Origin: Desulfobacteraceae bacterium
Lineage (GTDB): Bacteria; Desulfobacterota; DSM-4660; Desulfatiglandales; HGW-15
Direction: 5' to 3'
Length of the DNA stretch: 47,287 bases
Assembly (NCBI GenBank): GCA_050124735.1
Contig: JASFEQ010000001.1
Span: 1-47,287 of the forward strand
Part shown: positions 44,273-47,287 of the stretch, one piece after another
Layout: each line of letters opens with the position of its first letter
Position numbering within the stretch: position 1 is the first letter of the stretch
Program-made: the position numbers and the translations under genes
Notes under the pieces: model-generated
The model's input: only the letters and a program-made list of their open reading frames with translations
Databases searched by the model: none
What the model was told of the DNA's origin: nothing

Positions 44273-45058
44273 CTAGCGGGCTCCCACCAAAGTCTGAAAG
44301 ATCCACCCATGGATTCCTTGCTCAGAATGTACCCGCACCCACTCTCCTTTATATGAATACCCTACAACCGGAGCGCCTTTCCCCAATGTGGTGAGGACTT
44401 TGCTTTTGAGATCAGGGGCTTCCCTGAGATTGCTCATTTTCAGCACCCGGAGGGACAAAGGCTCGGTAAATAGGATTTCACCCTTGATGACGGGTATCTT
44501 TTCGTGCGGCCCCATTCGTATCTGACCAGCCTTGATGTGACTCATCGCCTGACTGGTCAGGTAAAGGGCACCCCCGTAGTTTTCCTTTTTAAACTCCAGA
44601 GCGCTCATCTGCATCAGCTGCTTGGCCTTAATAACATCTGGATCCTTCTCCCCAGCCCCTAACTCCACCTTAAGGTTCCTCAAGGCAATCTCAGCCTCAG
44701 CCATATTCGATGCGGCCTCTGCCTTGCTCTCCAGACTGGCCAACTTTGCTTTGGCCCTTACCACTTCCTGAATGGCATCGTCCAACACCTTTTGTTGTGT
44801 TTTCTGGCGTTCCTCAAGCTTCTTTATTTGGGCGTTTTTCTCTAACATCTGCATGTGCATTTTGGAGACGCTGTCTTTGAGGTCCTTACGCTCGGCCTTG
44901 GTTTTTGCCAAGGCCGTCCTTAGCTCCTTGTTTTCTTTCTGCAGTGCCGTTTCCGACACTTCTGTCTGGCTGCCCGTGGTGACACATGCCGTGATGAGAC
45001 AGACAGAAACGGCCCACACCAAAGGTAAATGGTTGTGGTTAACCCTTTTCCCTTCCAT
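44273..45058 (-). CDS. lipoprotein with coiled-coil region and C-terminal bacterial SH3 domain
   Basis: Lipobox LITAC, a heptad-rich middle region, and C-terminal LREAPDLKSKVLTTLGKGAPVVGYSYKGEWVRVHSEQGIHGWI. Confidence 0.65.
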   Translation of the reverse strand: MEGKRVNHNHLPLVWAVSVCLITACVTTGSQTEVSETALQKENKELRTALAKTKAERKDLKDSVSKMHMQMLEKNAQIKKLEERQKTQQKVLDDAIQEVVRAKAKLASLESKAEAASNMAEAEIALRNLKVELGAGEKDPDVIKAKQLMQMSALEFKKENYGGALYLTSQAMSHIKAGQIRMGPHEKIPVIKGEILFTEPLSLRVLKMSNLREAPDLKSKVLTTLGKGAPVVGYSYKGEWVRVHSEQGIHGWIFQTLVGAR

Positions 45059-45171
45059 TTGGCGATCCTTTTTATTCGAAATGATTAAAAGTGAGTCTTT
45101 TTGATAAAGATTATAAAGAAATAAGCTCTATGTGTCAATAAAGAACCAGGGGTATTCATTGGAATGTGGGG

Positions 45172-45777
45172 TCACGTCCTGGAAAGAAGTTCTGGTTTGA
45201 CCTTCTTGAGGAAGGTTACGCAGGCCGCTGTGATTATTCCCTCTATAAGCATGACTGGGATATGACCTGCCACCACGATTTTTGCTGCGGGCAAAAAGGC
45301 CTCACCCGTCAGATAAAGAGAGATACCCACAAGAATACCGCTCAAAAAGATGGCCAGCGATCCAGCCATAAATGCCGAGACTGAAGATACATAGCTTTTT
45401 GATGTCTTGGTCGCAAGTCGTGCAAAAAGGAAGTAGGAAATCAGCGCCGGGACGGCCATATTAAAGGTATTGACACCTAAAGCTGTAATGCCCCCATATT
45501 GGAACATGATGCTCTGGAGCAGAAGCCCCACAAAAATCGCAGGAAAGGAGAGCCAACCAAGGATAAGGCCTACCAACCCGTTTAGGACCAGGTGCACGGA
45601 TGCGACCCCCATGGGAACATGAATCAGGCCTGCTACAAAAAAGCCAGCGGATAAGACCCCCACTTTTGGAATATCTTCATTATTGAGCTTTTTCAGGGCC
45701 ACACCCAGGCCTGCTGCGGTCAACGCGGCACCGCCTGCGAGAACGGGAGTGGCCAACACGCCTTCAGAGATGTGCAT
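45172..45777 (-). CDS. cbiM: ECF-type cobalt/nickel transporter substrate component CbiM/NikM
   Basis: Starts MHISEGVL, the metal-ligating N-terminus typical of CbiM, followed by a polytopic membrane protein. The ATG at 45777 is preferred to the TTG at 45789. Confidence 0.8.
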   Translation of the reverse strand: MHISEGVLATPVLAGGAALTAAGLGVALKKLNNEDIPKVGVLSAGFFVAGLIHVPMGVASVHLVLNGLVGLILGWLSFPAIFVGLLLQSIMFQYGGITALGVNTFNMAVPALISYFLFARLATKTSKSYVSSVSAFMAGSLAIFLSGILVGISLYLTGEAFLPAAKIVVAGHIPVMLIEGIITAACVTFLKKVKPELLSRT

Positions 45778-45796
45778 GATAAGACCCAATTACCCT

Positions 45797-45836
45797 GGAG
45801 TGATGGAATAATGGAGTAATGGAGTGATGGATAACT
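45797..45836 (+). repeat. octamer array, 5 units of GGAGTAAT type
   Basis: ggagtgat ggaataat ggagtaat ggagtgat ggataact, beginning 20 bp upstream of the cbiM start codon on the opposite strand. Confidence 0.75.
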
Positions 45837-45976
45837 CAAAACCTAAAGCTCGGAAACTTTAATCAACTGCAACACTCCAATAAGGCAGGGCTCCAGCACT
45901 CCAAAAGCCTTGAAAAACGACCCGAACTACATCTACAGTTCCGAAGATGCTCAGGGGCCGGTGGAAAAATGCCATT

Positions 45977-46265
45977 GAGACTGTCGAAAAATCGGCTTAT
46001 GAGAGGCTGTTGGAAAATGTCCATATGCAAATTGAGCCTTGCGAAATCCCGCTCTGTCGTAGATCCCGCTCGCGGGACGGGAGCTTCCGAAATCCCGAGG
46101 AATGAGGCGTACATAGTAGTACGCCGCAGTGACGAGGGATAAGGGTAACGCAGCCCTTCGATGCTTCGACGTTGCTCAGCATCGACCCTGAGCGATGTCG
46201 AAGGGTCGACTTTGCTCAGGGCCATGAGCTTGTCGAATGGCAGATGGGCGTTTTCCGACAGCCTC
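45977..46265. repeat. dispersed modular MITE-like repeat, copy D (289 bp)
   Basis: Collinear with copy B. It contains the 52-bp module ttgagccttgcgaaatcccgctctgtcgtagatcccgctcgcgggacgggag and the TCGAC/GCTCAG hairpin module also seen at 8270-8355. Confidence 0.8.
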
Positions 46266-46440
46266 ATTAAAAAACCACCAAGACTCAACGGGATCTTCCT
46301 ACCCTTATAGCCTTCGTGGTCTATTCTTATCGGTCGTCGTGTCCTTTGTACCAGGCTTCTTGCCTGCTGATACTTCTATTATCTAAAGGGCATTGTGCTG
46401 TCAACATATTTCAGACATACAGGGCCGTGGAAAAGCCCTT

Positions 46441-47286
46441 TTATGTCCACCTTCCAGGTATCTTTGTATTGCAGACCTTACAGCGACCCTTCTCCATATT
46501 GAACTGACCCAGGAAATAACCCTTCCTCTCTATAAGTATCCTTCCGCAATTATGGCAATACGTGTGGCACCCTTCGTGACCGGGCACATTGCCTAGATAG
46601 ACGTAATGAATTCCTTCCTTTAGAGCCAAATTTCTGAATTGTTCCAGTCTCGTTATGGGCGTCGGCGGCAATCTATTCAGCTTGTATTGTGGGAAAAACC
46701 TCAAGAAATGGAGAGGATAGTCGGGTCCAAGTTTATCTAAAATCCATCCGCACATTCGTTTGATCATATCAGGATCATCCAAATAGGTGGGGACCACAAG
46801 CGTGGTCATTTCAAACCAGACGCCTTCTCGGTGGAGGGTCTTGAAGGCGTTGAGGACGGGCCACAGAGTGCCACCATTAAGAGCCAGGTAAATGCGGTTG
46901 TCATAGGATTTCAGATTGATATTGGCCGCATCAAGATATTTGCTAAGCTCCAGGAGGGGTTTTTTGTTTATGTACCCATTGGAGACTAAAACGTTTTTCA
47001 ATCCCGCCTCTCTGGCTAGTTTGGACGTATCATACATGTATTCATAATAGGTAATCGCCTCTGAATATGTATAAGCTATGGAAGGCGCGTTGGCCTTTTT
47101 TGCTGCCATTACCACATCGGAAGGAAACAATTCGTAGTGCCGAACCTCTTCCGGCTTCCGCTGAGAAATCTCCCAGTTCTGGCAATTGAGACACCTGAAA
47201 TTGCACCCTGTAGTGGCTAGGGAAAATGTGGGAGTAGTCGGATAAAAATGATTCAAGGGTTTCTTTTCAATGGGATCAACGTGCAC
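46441..47286 (-). CDS. AmmeMemoRadiSam-system radical SAM enzyme (5' end outside the window)
   Basis: DPIEKKPLNHFYP...SLATTGCNFRCLNCQNWEISQ (CxxxCxxC) and a C-terminal CHTYCHNCG...CKVCNTKIPG ribbon. The ORF runs to the window edge. Confidence 0.8.
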   Translation of the reverse strand: MHVDPIEKKPLNHFYPTTPTFSLATTGCNFRCLNCQNWEISQRKPEEVRHYELFPSDVVMAAKKANAPSIAYTYSEAITYYEYMYDTSKLAREAGLKNVLVSNGYINKKPLLELSKYLDAANINLKSYDNRIYLALNGGTLWPVLNAFKTLHREGVWFEMTTLVVPTYLDDPDMIKRMCGWILDKLGPDYPLHFLRFFPQYKLNRLPPTPITRLEQFRNLALKEGIHYVYLGNVPGHEGCHTYCHNCGRILIERKGYFLGQFNMEKGRCKVCNTKIPGRWT

Positions 47287-47287
47287 A

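Overview
This 47.3-kb window has about 50% GC and no rRNA, tRNA or CRISPR. Gene content points to a strictly anaerobic, selenocysteine-using bacterium, probably a Desulfobacterota or Syntrophia-like lineage (inferred from content only). All family calls rest on motif recognition in the supplied translations; no database search was possible.

Main blocks, in window order:
- 0-8 kb: Fe-S protein, molybdopterin oxidoreductase, MFS transporter, membrane-anchored nuclease-PDZ protein, FAD oxidoreductase, and a LysR regulator broken by an in-frame TAA.
- 9.2-14.1 kb: a five-gene Liv-type ABC importer.
- 14.5-21.6 kb: an operon with a split PEP-synthase-like dikinase (PpsA/PpsB-like), one UbiD-family (de)carboxylase, a CheY-type receiver, a UPF0261/Tm-1-like ATP-binding protein and UbiX. 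This is the best candidate for an undescribed ATP-dependent aromatic carboxylation module.
- 21.6-25.0 kb: a Flx-like NAD(P)H/Fe-S operon. Its MvhD-like gene contains an in-frame UGA at a conserved Cys position, so it is a probable selenoprotein that the ORF track splits.
- 25.4-33.5 kb: an IclR regulator divergent from two HdrA-like flavoproteins, an HdrC-like protein, a zinc-ribbon protein, a tungsten-type aldehyde:ferredoxin oxidoreductase (AOR) family enzyme, a four-cluster ferredoxin and a MoaD-like protein.
- 33.7-37.3 kb: a radical-SAM-like protein with a split Cys motif, then a ferredoxin/MetV-like operon with no MetF.
- 37.6-47.3 kb: c-di-GMP genes (PilZ, GGDEF), housekeeping-type genes, a solo cbiM and a 5'-truncated AmmeMemoRadiSam radical SAM gene.

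Intergenic regions carry several dispersed repeat families: a modular MITE-like element in three full copies, GGAGTAAT octamer arrays, and foldback elements. These generate spurious ORFs.
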